Of a stretch of DNA of 42,071 bases, positions 17,462-27,296 are shown piece after piece. The notes beneath the pieces are model-generated. The model worked only from the letters and a program-made list of their open reading frames with translations, had not been told where the DNA came from and searched no databases. Source of the stretch: an uncultured bacterium (GTDB lineage Bacteria; UBA8481); the NCBI GenBank assembly GCA_964499705.1, contig CAZCME010000004.1, positions 248,001-290,071 on the forward strand, written 5' to 3'. Numbering within the stretch: the stretch's first letter is position 1; each line of letters begins with the position of its first letter. The translations under genes and the position numbers were made by a program.

Positions 17462-18883
17462 GTGCCGATCATCATGATCGCCGTGCCGATGGCGGCCGGA
17501 GTCCTCGCCTTCATCCCCGGGTGGGCCCGTCAGCGGCCGTGGATCCTTCCCTTCGTCGGCGTCTTCCACTTCACGATGACGATCCTCGCGCTCCGCGATT
17601 ATCCTTCAACCGCGCCGCATGAATGGATCGCGCTCGATTCTCTCGGCTGCATTTTTCTCGGCATCGTCAGCTCCGTCTTCCTCATCTGTTCGTTCTACGC
17701 GCCGGGGTACCTGGCGATCCGCGCGGAGCGCCCGAACCGCATGCTCTGCGCAGGCATCCCGGTCATGCTCGGCAGCGCCACGCTCATCATCTTCTCCCAG
17801 CACCTGGGGCTCTTGTGGGTCGCGATGGAGATGACGACGGTCGCCGCCGCGCCGCTCATCTACTTCAACCGCACGACGCGATCGATCGAGGCGACGTGGA
17901 AATATCTGGTGATCGGTTCCGTCGGAATCGCGCTCGCGCTCCTGGGATCCTTCTTTCTCGCCTATTCCGCTCACGCCGGCGGCATGGAAACGACGCTCTT
18001 TCTGCCGGACCTGCGCGCCCATGCAACAGGATTCTCCCGGCCGTGGGTCCGCGCGGCATTCGTCCTGCTGCTTGTCGGATTCGGCACGAAGATGGGACTG
18101 GCTCCTCTGCACACCTGGAAGCCCGACGCGTACGGCGAAGCGCCGGGCCTTGTCGGAGCGCTCCTGGCGGGCGGGCTCACAAACTGCGCGTTTCTCGCGC
18201 TGCTGCGCGTGTATACGATCGTCAACGCGGCGGGCGAAGGCGTCTTCGCCCGGGAGCTCCTCGTGGGAATGGGCCTCTTTTCCATGGCGACCGCGGCGGT
18301 CTTCATGATCCGCCAGCGCGACTTCAAGCGGCTGCTGGCCTATTCCAGCGTCGAGCAGATGGGGATTCTCGTCCTGGGGATCGGCATCGGAGGCATGGCC
18401 GCGTGGGGCGCTCTCCTGCATGCGATCAACAACGCGCTGAACAAGTGCGCGGTCTTTCTCGCGGCCGCGAACATCCATCGTTCGTACGGGTCCAAGAACA
18501 TCGAGCATGTTTCCGGGGCGTTGCGAAAGCTTCCCGTCACGAGCGCCCTGTTCCTGGCGACGTTTTTCGCGATCACCGGGTCGCCGCCGTTCGGCATCTT
18601 CATCAGCGAGCTGACGATCCTGGCCGCAGCCATCAAGAGCGGACAGCGCGCGGTCGCCTTCGGGTTCCTCTTCTTTCTCGGAGCGATCTTCATCGCCATG
18701 GGTTCGACCATTCTCGCGATTGTCCATCGGCGGGACGAGCATTCGGAGGCGCCGGATCCCGGCGATACCCTGGCGAATAATTTTCCTCTGATACTCGCGT
18801 TGGCGCCCGTTCTCGTGATGGGACTCTGGATTCCCGCGCCGCTTGCGAAAATCCTGGAGGAAGCGGTTCTCAGCCTGGGGTGA
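17462..18883 (+). CDS. hyfF: Ehr/hydrogenase-4 antiporter-like subunit (HyfF), copy 2
   Basis: 473 aa; LLWVAMEMTT, SIEATWKYL, GTKMGLAPLHTWKPDAYGEAP, FKRLLAYSSVEQ, GSPPFGIFISEL. Confidence 0.92.
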   Translation: MPIIMIAVPMAAGVLAFIPGWARQRPWILPFVGVFHFTMTILALRDYPSTAPHEWIALDSLGCIFLGIVSSVFLICSFYAPGYLAIRAERPNRMLCAGIPVMLGSATLIIFSQHLGLLWVAMEMTTVAAAPLIYFNRTTRSIEATWKYLVIGSVGIALALLGSFFLAYSAHAGGMETTLFLPDLRAHATGFSRPWVRAAFVLLLVGFGTKMGLAPLHTWKPDAYGEAPGLVGALLAGGLTNCAFLALLRVYTIVNAAGEGVFARELLVGMGLFSMATAAVFMIRQRDFKRLLAYSSVEQMGILVLGIGIGGMAAWGALLHAINNALNKCAVFLAAANIHRSYGSKNIEHVSGALRKLPVTSALFLATFFAITGSPPFGIFISELTILAAAIKSGQRAVAFGFLFFLGAIFIAMGSTILAIVHRRDEHSEAPDPGDTLANNFPLILALAPVLVMGLWIPAPLAKILEEAVLSLG

Positions 18884-18886
18884 GCC

Positions 18887-20077
18887 CTACGCCCAGAAGT
18901 CGTCGTCCTCGCCCTTGGGCTTGGCGTTCTCGGCGATCTTGGAGAGATCGAGCTTGTGGCCTTCCTGTTCCAGGGTCGTCAGCATGCCGGGCTTGTCGAC
19001 GGCCTTCATGTAGGCTTCGAGCGGATCGACCTGGCGTTTCTTCACGAACTGCATGATCGCGTCGTTCATCGTCTGCATGCCGAGGTTCGTGGAGGTCTGC
19101 ATGACGGAGAGAATCTGGAAGGTCTTGCCCTCGCGGATGAGGTTCGAGATGCTCGACGCTCCGATCAGGATCTCCAGCGCCGCGACCCGGCCGCCGCCCT
19201 TCTTCTTCAGGAGCGTCTGCGAGATGACGCCTTTCAGGGATTCGGAGAGCATCATCCGCACCTGGTTCTGCTGCGCCGTCGGAAACTGATCGATGATCCG
19301 GTCGACCGTGGAGGCCGCGGTGGTGGTGTGGAGCGTGCCGAAGACGAGGTGGCCGGTCTCGGCCGTCTCGATCGCGATCGCGATCGTCTCCAGGTCGCGC
19401 ATTTCGCCCACGAGGACGATGTCGGGATCCTCCCGGAGCGCGGCCTTCAGCGCAGCCTTGAACGATTTCGAATGGACTCCGATCTCCCGCTGGTTCACCA
19501 GGCACTTCTTGTTCGTGTGCACGAATTCGATCGGGTCCTCGATCGTGATAACATGGTCCTCCCGCGTCGCGTTGATGAGATCCATCATGGCCGCGAGCGT
19601 CGTCGACTTGCCGCTTCCCGTCGGGCCGGTGACGAGGACGAGACCCTTCGTCAGGTAGCAGAGGTTCTTGATCGCCTCCGGAATGCCGAGGTCGTCGCAG
19701 GAAAGGATCTTCGACGGTATGACGCGGAACACGCCGCCCATTCCCTTCCTGTCCATGAAGACATTGCACCGGAAGCGGGCGAGATGCGGAATTTCATAGG
19801 CGAAGTCCGTATCCCATGCCTCGCCGAACTGCTCCTTGTTCCGCTCCGGCATGATCTCGAAAAGAATGTTCGCCACGCTCTCGGGCGTCAGAGCCGGATA
19901 CTCGGGAAACGGGCGCATCGTTCCGTCGATGCGGAGCATGGGAGTGCATTCGGATGAGAGATGGAGATCCGAGGCGCGGGATTCGATCATGAATCGGAAA
20001 AACTGGTCGATGAAAGCTTCGTGGCGGAAAGGCGCTGCGGTCTCGTCCTCGACCGGCATCTGAATTACCGTGGACAT
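18887..20077 (-). CDS. pilT: Type IV pilus retraction ATPase PilT
   Basis: ASDLHL, RFRCNVF, LVTGPTGSGKSTTLA, TIEDPIEF, ALREDPDIVLVGEMRD, AETGHLVFGTLH, SISNLIRE (AIRNLIRE equivalent), GMQT; GAGGAG SD. Confidence 0.95.
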   Translation of the reverse strand: MSTVIQMPVEDETAAPFRHEAFIDQFFRFMIESRASDLHLSSECTPMLRIDGTMRPFPEYPALTPESVANILFEIMPERNKEQFGEAWDTDFAYEIPHLARFRCNVFMDRKGMGGVFRVIPSKILSCDDLGIPEAIKNLCYLTKGLVLVTGPTGSGKSTTLAAMMDLINATREDHVITIEDPIEFVHTNKKCLVNQREIGVHSKSFKAALKAALREDPDIVLVGEMRDLETIAIAIETAETGHLVFGTLHTTTAASTVDRIIDQFPTAQQNQVRMMLSESLKGVISQTLLKKKGGGRVAALEILIGASSISNLIREGKTFQILSVMQTSTNLGMQTMNDAIMQFVKKRQVDPLEAYMKAVDKPGMLTTLEQEGHKLDLSKIAENAKPKGEDDDFWA

Positions 20078-20213
20078 GAATTCATGACTCCTCGTTTAGC
20101 CTCGTGGGCTGTATGAGATCACCGCTCCAGCAGGTAAGAATCTTCGATCAGGCGGCGCAAGGGCTTGCAGAGCCCATAAGATGCGAACATTTTTTCAGGA
20201 CCCGACAGGCGAG

Positions 20214-20606
20214 TCAAGCTGTGATTGAAGTCTCAGCGTTCTTTCGGCGGATCCGGGCGTCGATGAAGGATTTGATGCAGAGCCCAAGGAAGAGGACGGA
20301 GAGGACGCACATGATCGCCATCTCGATGGCCGCGGCGGGCCGCTCGATCGGCGTTCCGGACACCATGCGCATCACGTTCAGGACGCCCTTGGCCGTGGCC
20401 AGGATCCCGATCAACCCGAAGACGGACGCCGCGTGCATCGCGTGCTTCTTCATCTTCTCGTTCTTCGCGACGGCCCCGAGCCCAGCGACGGGCAGGCCGA
20501 AGAAGAGCGGAATGAGAGCCGTGACGCTCGACTGGCCTGTGCCGAAGTAGAATCCGAGACCGAGGAGCATCAGGAGGTCGCCGTAGATGATGGTGACAAG
20601 CCACAT
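20214..20606 (-). CDS. Small membrane protein, TMEM14-like
   Basis: 130 aa with four hydrophobic segments; YG.LL.LLG..FY..TG..SVTALIP..FG pattern; basic C-terminus. Confidence 0.7.
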   Translation of the reverse strand: MWLVTIIYGDLLMLLGLGFYFGTGQSSVTALIPLFFGLPVAGLGAVAKNEKMKKHAMHAASVFGLIGILATAKGVLNVMRMVSGTPIERPAAAIEMAIMCVLSVLFLGLCIKSFIDARIRRKNAETSITA

Positions 20607-20664
20607 GCGGGGAGGATAGATGATTTACGGGAAAAGGGATACATTTTTGACTCCTTGAAGATCG

Positions 20665-20720
20665 ATTTCACATTTATGTTTTGTTCCCGTGCGCGCATCC
20701 CTGGAAATGTGAAATGTGAA
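20665..20720. repeat. Perfect 11-bp inverted repeat plus a short heptamer tandem overlapping the hrpB start
   Basis: ATTTCACATTT (20665-20675) and AAATGTGAAAT (20705-20715), 29-nt spacer; GAAATGT-GAAATGT-GAA runs into the hrpB GTG (20716). Confidence 0.6.
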
Positions 20721-23286
20721 GCCTGAAATCGTCCTTCCTTCGCTGCCCATCTCCGGAACTCTTCCCCGACTTGCGGAGGTTCTCTGCCGGCACGATACCG
20801 CGATCCTGGAGGCGCCGCCCGGAGCGGGCAAGACGACGCTCGTGCCGCTTCACCTGCTGAACTCCTCCTGGTTGAAGAAGAGGAAAATCCTGATGCTCGA
20901 ACCACGCCGCCTCGCGGCGCGGGCGGCGGCGCAGCGGATGGCGTCACTCCTCGGCGAGAAAGCGGGCGAGTCCGTCGGCTACAGGACGCGCTTCGATACG
21001 GTCGTATCCGATGCGACGCGCGTGGAGGTCCTGACCGAAGGCATCCTCGCCCGCATGCTCCAGAACGATCCCGAGCTCCCTGGAACCGGTCTTCTCATCT
21101 TCGACGAATTCCACGAGCGCCATCTCGCGACCGATCTCTCCCTGGCCCTGGCTCTCGACGCGCGAGCGACCCTGCGTCCGGATCTGAAAATCCTCCTGAT
21201 GTCCGCGACGCTCGACGGCAAAGCGCTCTCCGCTTTTCTCGACGATGCCCCGGTCATATCGAGCCCTGGAAAATCCCACCCTGTCGAGATCGAATACCTC
21301 GCCCGCGATTCAACGCAATGGATCGCGGAAACGGCCGCGGCGGGTGTACTGCGCGCGATCCATGAGGAGGGGGATATCCTGGTTTTTCTTCCGGGCGCGG
21401 GGGAGATCAGGCGCGTCCTTGATATTCTCCGGGAAAGCGCGGCGCTCGACAAATGCTCGCTGCTGCCTCTGTACGGCGATCTTTCACGCGACGATCAGGA
21501 TCGCGCCCTTCGTCCGGATTCCGCGGGACGGCGCAGGATCATCCTCTCCACGTCCATCGCGGAGTCGAGCCTGACGATCGAAGGCGTCCGGATCGTTGTC
21601 GACACCGGTTGGACCCGCCGAAGCGTCTTCGATCCCGCGACCGGCATGAGCGGGCTCCAAACTGTCCGCGTCGCGCGCGATTCGGCGGACCAGCGCGCCG
21701 GACGCGCCGGACGACAGGGTCCGGGAATCTGTTACCGGTTGTGGTCCGAATCGACAAACTTCGGGCTGCCGAAGCGCTCGACGCCGGAAATCCTCTCGGC
21801 CGACCTGGCGCCGCTGGCGCTCCAGCTTGCCGCGTGGGGCTCCCGGAATCCTTCCGATCTCAGATGGCTCGATCCGCCTCCGCAGGCCCCGATGTCCGCC
21901 GCGCGCGCGCTGTTGCTCCTGCTGAATGCGATCGATGACCGCGGTCTCATCACCGAGCTGGGAAAAAAGATGGCGGAACTGCCTGTTCATCCGCGCCTGG
22001 CTCACATGATCGGCCGGGCCCGCGCCCTCGGCATGATCTCCTCGGCCTGCGACATCGCGGCGATTCTCGATGAGCGCGACATCCTGAAGGATCGCGCGCG
22101 GGAGAATCCCGATCTCCGCGTTCGCCTCGATGCGCTCAGGAATTTCCGGCACGACAAATCGCAGCGCGATACGGATGGTACAGCTTGCCGGCGCGCGGAG
22201 CGCACGGCTTCGCAACTGCGCCGATCCCTGCGAGCCTCGACCGACCCGGTGGACGGCGATGCCGGTCTGCTTCTCGCTTTGGCCTATCCTGATCGCATCG
22301 CCTGGCGGCGCGGAGCGACGGACAGACCCGGAGGAAGTCAGCGCTTTCTTCTGTCGCAGGGACAGGGAGCGATCCTCCCCGGCCTCGATCCCTTTCGCGG
22401 CGAATCGCTCCTTGTCGCGGCGAGGCTCGACGCCGGCCAGGGCGAAGGCCGGATCCACCTGGCCTCACCCGTTGCCGAAGAGACATTGCGGCGGCATCTT
22501 CCCCAGCTCTTCCAGGATGTTTCCGTGGTCGGATGGAAGGAAGAACGTTCCTGTGTCATCGCGGAGACAGAAGAACGCCTCGGCGCGGTCATCCTGAGAA
22601 AAAAATCATCCGAAGCCGTCGATGAAGAGCAGGCCTCGCTCATTCTTGTGGATGTCATCCGGAGAAGCGGGCTCTCGATCCTTCCGTGGACGGATGAAAT
22701 CTCGGATTGGCGAAGGCGAGTTCATTTCCTCGGATTTCATATTCCGGAGGAGAGCTGGCCCGATCTTTCCGATGAAGCGCTCCTGACGACGCTCGAGGAT
22801 TGGCTTCTTCCTTATCTCACCGGAGCCCGTTCCCGGCGCGACATCGATCGACTCGATCTGAAGATCATCCTCAGCGCGCTTCTGCCGCGCCCGCTCGCCC
22901 GGCGGGTGGAGGATGATGCTCCGGAGCATCTGACCGTCCCGAGCGGATCCCGGATCAGGTTGAAATACTCCGGTACGGAATCGCCCGTCCTCGCCGTCAA
23001 GCTGCAGGAAATGTTCGGCCTCGCCGAAACGCCCCGCGTCGCGCGCGGCCGCGTTCCTGTCGTCCTTCATCTCCTCTCTCCCGCCGGTCGGCCCATCCAG
23101 GTGACAAGCGACCTCCGCAATTTCTGGAACAACACGTACAACGAAGTCAGGAAGGAGCTGAAAGGGCGATACCCGAAGCATCCCTGGCCCGAGGATCCCT
23201 GGAACGAACCTCCTACAAGAAGAGCCAAACGGTCTGCCGGCGCGGCGCCAAAGGAAAGACCACCGGGAGCACGCCGAGAGAAGTAA
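20716..23286 (+). CDS. hrpB: ATP-dependent RNA helicase HrpB (DEAH-box)
   Basis: APPGAGKTT, EPRRLAAR, FDEFHER, MSATLD, STSIAESSLTIEG, QRAGRAGR, C-terminal LLSPAGRPIQVT.DL..FW...Y..VRKELKGRYPKHPWP. Confidence 0.97.
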   Translation: MKPEIVLPSLPISGTLPRLAEVLCRHDTAILEAPPGAGKTTLVPLHLLNSSWLKKRKILMLEPRRLAARAAAQRMASLLGEKAGESVGYRTRFDTVVSDATRVEVLTEGILARMLQNDPELPGTGLLIFDEFHERHLATDLSLALALDARATLRPDLKILLMSATLDGKALSAFLDDAPVISSPGKSHPVEIEYLARDSTQWIAETAAAGVLRAIHEEGDILVFLPGAGEIRRVLDILRESAALDKCSLLPLYGDLSRDDQDRALRPDSAGRRRIILSTSIAESSLTIEGVRIVVDTGWTRRSVFDPATGMSGLQTVRVARDSADQRAGRAGRQGPGICYRLWSESTNFGLPKRSTPEILSADLAPLALQLAAWGSRNPSDLRWLDPPPQAPMSAARALLLLLNAIDDRGLITELGKKMAELPVHPRLAHMIGRARALGMISSACDIAAILDERDILKDRARENPDLRVRLDALRNFRHDKSQRDTDGTACRRAERTASQLRRSLRASTDPVDGDAGLLLALAYPDRIAWRRGATDRPGGSQRFLLSQGQGAILPGLDPFRGESLLVAARLDAGQGEGRIHLASPVAEETLRRHLPQLFQDVSVVGWKEERSCVIAETEERLGAVILRKKSSEAVDEEQASLILVDVIRRSGLSILPWTDEISDWRRRVHFLGFHIPEESWPDLSDEALLTTLEDWLLPYLTGARSRRDIDRLDLKIILSALLPRPLARRVEDDAPEHLTVPSGSRIRLKYSGTESPVLAVKLQEMFGLAETPRVARGRVPVVLHLLSPAGRPIQVTSDLRNFWNNTYNEVRKELKGRYPKHPWPEDPWNEPPTRRAKRSAGAAPKERPPGARREK

Positions 23287-23330
23287 AGTGACCCGTCCCC
23301 GCTCAACTGTTAAAGTATCTCATCCGATTC

Positions 23331-26300
23331 ATGTCCTTCATTCGCCTGATCTCCTTCGCCACGGCTTTCCTGAGCCTTCTCATGGTGAATGATGTCGCGT
23401 CCGGGGCCTACCCCGGACCCTACTCCGGATCGCGCATCCTTGGAAATTCCGGGATCTGCGCCGTGTACACGGAAGACCTTCGCCGGACGACCCCGGAAAG
23501 CGAGGGCATTTACCATCTCTACGTGGACGGATACCAGGACGATTACATCCTCTCCTGCATTCCCGCGTTCCTGATCGAAGGCATCCGTGAAACGTCGGGC
23601 GGAACGGATTCGCGAAGACGACCGGCGAACGAGATCGAGATCCTGCCGGACCTGTTCCACACGGAGACTCGCTTTTCATCGCTGACGAATCCGGCGCTGC
23701 GGATTTCGTATTCCGTCTTCGCGACTGCGGACGGAACGATCGTCTTCGACATCGCCATCCGAAATGCCGCGTCCAACGCGATCCCCCTCGTCCTCCAACC
23801 CACCGCATCGTTCCGCAAGCCGGCGCGGACCATGAGCCGGATGGATGCGGCGGGATTCACGTTCGCGAATGTCTCCTTCCCGCGCGCGCACCTCGGGCTC
23901 GGCATGATCGGAGATTCCTCCGCCGTGAACGCGAGCCTCGATTCCGGCACGATCGCTCTCACGCAGAAGATCTTCATTCCCGCGGGAGAAACCGCGCGCA
24001 CGAAGATGGTCCTGAAGTGCTGGACGTCCGGCGAATCGCCGGCGATCAGCCGTCAATTCGCGGACTTGAACGGCTCCATGAAATCCGCGAGGTCCTGGCT
24101 CGACGGTAAAACTCCCGGCGCCTCCCCTGAAATAGCTCACCCCGAACTGCGGCGCGCGTATGAAAGCTGCCTGCTGGCGCTCGCCGCGACCGAGCTGCGC
24201 GGCGCGGTTCCCGCGGACATGACCGGGCAGTTCGTCACCGACGGCAAGCCTCAGCTCTATCCCCGCGACGCGCTCATGACGGCCCGCGCGCTCCTGGCCT
24301 GCGGTCATCCGGAACCGGCGAGGAAAATCATCGCATTCTGGGACAAGTCCATTCCGCAGAAAAGCCCGGGGGAATGGTATGCCCGATACGACGCGGATGC
24401 CCGCGCGACACCCGGAGGTTCCGGCGCCCCGTACGATCTCCCTGAATGGGATTCGAACGGCTACTACGCGTCGCTGCTTCTGGATTATTTCCTCCGCACC
24501 GGCGAACGAATCGGAGACTACGCGCTCATGAAGCAGTTGCTCGATTTCGTCTGCGCGCGGCAGGATGCGGGCGGGCTCGTTCGCGAGGGAGGCATCATCG
24601 AGTGGGAAGGGCTTCTACCGGCGACGAACATGAATCTCGCCGCCGGATTGCGCGCCGGCGCCGTCCTCGCGCGGATGGAAGGAGAAATCCCGACGGCGGC
24701 GCGCTACCGCGATGCGGCCGCGCGCATGGAGTCCGGACTGCGGCGGCTCTTCTCCGCCCGTCGGGGAGCCTACATGGATCTCCGGGGCGCCGACGGAACC
24801 CAGGAGCAATTCAACACGTCGGCGAATTTCGGATTTCTCTGGGGATATCCCGATCACTTCGAGCTCGCGGCCACGAACGCGTGGTATCGCGGCAACACGC
24901 ACAAGCTGGGAAGCGGCGTCCAGTATTTCGAGGCGGACGGATATGGTTCGGACCTCTTCGGATTCACGACCGGCGCCAGCGCCCAGTATCACGCTCTCGC
25001 GGGAGACAACAGGATCTGCCTCGATCATCTCCAGTGGATGATGGCACATTCCAACATCTACGGCATGATGCCGGAACGGGTCTTCTTTCCGGACGGTAAG
25101 GATGTCAGCCCCGCGTCGCCGCTCTCCTGGTGCAACGCCGAATTCGCGATGGCCATCCGCGAATGCGTCCTGACGGCCATGCCGGGCGTCGCCGCCGGTC
25201 CCGCTCCCGCCATGTCCGGCGTCATCATGGATCTGAACGGATTGATGCGGCTCCTGAAGGCATGGCCCGACGCGAGAAATCAGGCGCTGGTCGCGCACTT
25301 GGAGGGCGGCCTCATGGCGGCGCGCGCGGAAGCATCCGTGGCCGACCAGGCACGCATTCTCCACGATCTCCTGACCGAGCTCGAACTATCCGGCGACAAC
25401 GACCTGCAGTACCGGACACGCGCCATCAGGATGCGCTTCTCCAGGATCCTCGCGAATCTTTCCGGCGTCACCCTGCAGGTGGCAAATGGTGTCGATCAGG
25501 TCATCGCCCTGAATGAGGAACTTCCGTTGCCGATCGTCGGCGAGGCCGGCCGCGACGTCGTCCTCTCGGGCGCGACCATGGAATCGTGCGACGGCAATGG
25601 CGTCGTGACCTCCGAAAATATCGTCCTGAAGAGATCACCGTCGGGCTTCGCGAAAACGGCATCGCGCGTCTATCGCAAGGGCGCGGCTCCGTATCAGACC
25701 GCCGTCCGCGTCACGCTCAAGGCGAAATGGAAAGGCATTCCCTTCGCGCTCGCCCGGACATGCGGGGTCAGGATCCAGCCCCGATACGAAATCCTCCAGA
25801 AGGAAAGCGACGGAAACATCTCGCTGGAAATCATTCCGCATGTCGATTCCTCCTCCCGCGTCACGCGCCTCGTCGCGCCGCGCGGGTGGTCCGTCCGCGA
25901 AAACGGAAAATGGAATTTCACTGCCCGGCCCGGAGCGAATGTCCCGCCCGGGTTCCACAAGTTGGTGCTGATCGTCTCGAAGCTCGGAGCCTCGAAACGC
26001 GGGGCGAGAAACGAGGAAATTCCGGTTCCGGTCAGCTTTGCGACATCCCTGGATCTGTCGGGATCATGGCGGTTTCGGACGGGGGACGATTCGACATGGG
26101 CCGATCCGAACAGGACCGACGGAGAATGGAAAGAGATCGCCGTGCCCGCGCAGTGGGAGAATGCGGGTTATCCCGGATACGACGGATTCGCGTGGTATCG
26201 ACGCGAGGTGATGTTGCCTCCGGCGTGGAAGGACCATGACATCGAGCTTGTTCTCGGAGCCGTGGACGACCAGGACTGGACATACTGGAACGGCGGGTTG

Positions 26301-26489
26301 ATCGGCCACAAGGAAACCTGGAACGAGGAGCGGATCTACCGCATCGACAGGTCGCTGATGCGATTCGATCGGCCCAACGTGATCGCGATCCGCGTTTTCG
26401 ACAACATCTTCGGGGGCGGCATCTGGAAACATCCCGTCGAGATGCGCATGAAGCCGATCGCCGCTCCTTCCGACCTCCGTCCGAATTGA
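23331..26489 (+). CDS. Secreted multidomain glycoside hydrolase: GH15-like (alpha/alpha)6 barrel plus C-terminal GH2-type sugar-binding jelly-roll
   Basis: Signal peptide (MSFIRLISFATAFLSLLMVNDVASG); barrel motifs LYPRDA, PEWDSNG, EGGIIEWE, GMMPER, ASPLSWCNAEF; C-terminal LDLSGSWRFRTGDD..W...D.EWKEIAVPAQWE..GY..YDGFAWYRR, LGAVDDQD, PNVIAIRV, GGGIW. Confidence 0.75.
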   Translation: MSFIRLISFATAFLSLLMVNDVASGAYPGPYSGSRILGNSGICAVYTEDLRRTTPESEGIYHLYVDGYQDDYILSCIPAFLIEGIRETSGGTDSRRRPANEIEILPDLFHTETRFSSLTNPALRISYSVFATADGTIVFDIAIRNAASNAIPLVLQPTASFRKPARTMSRMDAAGFTFANVSFPRAHLGLGMIGDSSAVNASLDSGTIALTQKIFIPAGETARTKMVLKCWTSGESPAISRQFADLNGSMKSARSWLDGKTPGASPEIAHPELRRAYESCLLALAATELRGAVPADMTGQFVTDGKPQLYPRDALMTARALLACGHPEPARKIIAFWDKSIPQKSPGEWYARYDADARATPGGSGAPYDLPEWDSNGYYASLLLDYFLRTGERIGDYALMKQLLDFVCARQDAGGLVREGGIIEWEGLLPATNMNLAAGLRAGAVLARMEGEIPTAARYRDAAARMESGLRRLFSARRGAYMDLRGADGTQEQFNTSANFGFLWGYPDHFELAATNAWYRGNTHKLGSGVQYFEADGYGSDLFGFTTGASAQYHALAGDNRICLDHLQWMMAHSNIYGMMPERVFFPDGKDVSPASPLSWCNAEFAMAIRECVLTAMPGVAAGPAPAMSGVIMDLNGLMRLLKAWPDARNQALVAHLEGGLMAARAEASVADQARILHDLLTELELSGDNDLQYRTRAIRMRFSRILANLSGVTLQVANGVDQVIALNEELPLPIVGEAGRDVVLSGATMESCDGNGVVTSENIVLKRSPSGFAKTASRVYRKGAAPYQTAVRVTLKAKWKGIPFALARTCGVRIQPRYEILQKESDGNISLEIIPHVDSSSRVTRLVAPRGWSVRENGKWNFTARPGANVPPGFHKLVLIVSKLGASKRGARNEEIPVPVSFATSLDLSGSWRFRTGDDSTWADPNRTDGEWKEIAVPAQWENAGYPGYDGFAWYRREVMLPPAWKDHDIELVLGAVDDQDWTYWNGGLIGHKETWNEERIYRIDRSLMRFDRPNVIAIRVFDNIFGGGIWKHPVEMRMKPIAAPSDLRPN

Positions 26490-27256
26490 CGCTGCCGGTC
26501 GAACCTCCGCCAACCCGCTGGTCCTTCCCGGATCGTTTCCCGGCCGGCAATTCCGATCACGCCGTTGAAGGACGCGACGAAAGCGAAAAGCCCGAACCGG
26601 GAGAGGGCGATCTCATCGGCGTCGGAGCCGACCTCGAACCGGGAACGATCCTGGCCGCGTATCGGCGGGGACTCTTCCCGATGAATTGCGCGCCGGGAGT
26701 CCTTGGCTGGTGGTCACCCGATCCGCGCGGCATCCTTCCGCTCGACGGGCTCCACGTGAGCCGCTCGCTGCGAAGATCGATGCGGAAATTCGAATTCCGC
26801 GTGAACACGGCCTTCGGCGACGTGATCCGGCATTGCGCCGATCCCTCCCGGCCGCACGGGTGGATCACGCCGGAGATCATCCAGGCCTACACCGACCTGC
26901 ACGAGATGGGATGGGCTCACAGCGTGGAAACCTGGACAAGGGACGGCGAGCTCGCGGGAGGGCTCTACGGCATCGCGATCGGAGGATTTTTCGCGGCGGA
27001 ATCCAAGTTTCACCGGGCCACGGACGCCTCGAAGGCCGCCGTCGCGCACCTCATCGCGCTTCTGCGGCGGCACGGCGGAATTCTCCTCGATGTGCAATGG
27101 AAAACGGACCACCTGGCCGGTCTTGGAGTTGTCGAGATAAGCCGCACAGAATATGTGTGTCGACTGCGTCAGGCCCTGGAGCGGCCACTTCCCGGGATAT
27201 TCACAGGCGCGCGAAGCGGGATACGGACAATTGACTTTCCCCTGCCCGGCAAGTAA
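26486..27256 (+). CDS. aat: Leucyl/phenylalanyl-tRNA--protein transferase
   Basis: GADL...ILAAYRRGLFPM, WWSPDPRG, HVSRSLRR, WIT.EI..AY..LH..G.AHSVETW, GGLYG, ESKFHR..DASK, LDVQW. Confidence 0.96.
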   Translation: MTLPVEPPPTRWSFPDRFPAGNSDHAVEGRDESEKPEPGEGDLIGVGADLEPGTILAAYRRGLFPMNCAPGVLGWWSPDPRGILPLDGLHVSRSLRRSMRKFEFRVNTAFGDVIRHCADPSRPHGWITPEIIQAYTDLHEMGWAHSVETWTRDGELAGGLYGIAIGGFFAAESKFHRATDASKAAVAHLIALLRRHGGILLDVQWKTDHLAGLGVVEISRTEYVCRLRQALERPLPGIFTGARSGIRTIDFPLPGK

Positions 27257-27296
27257 TGATGTGATGATGCAAAAGATGATTCCAGGAGGGTATTTC

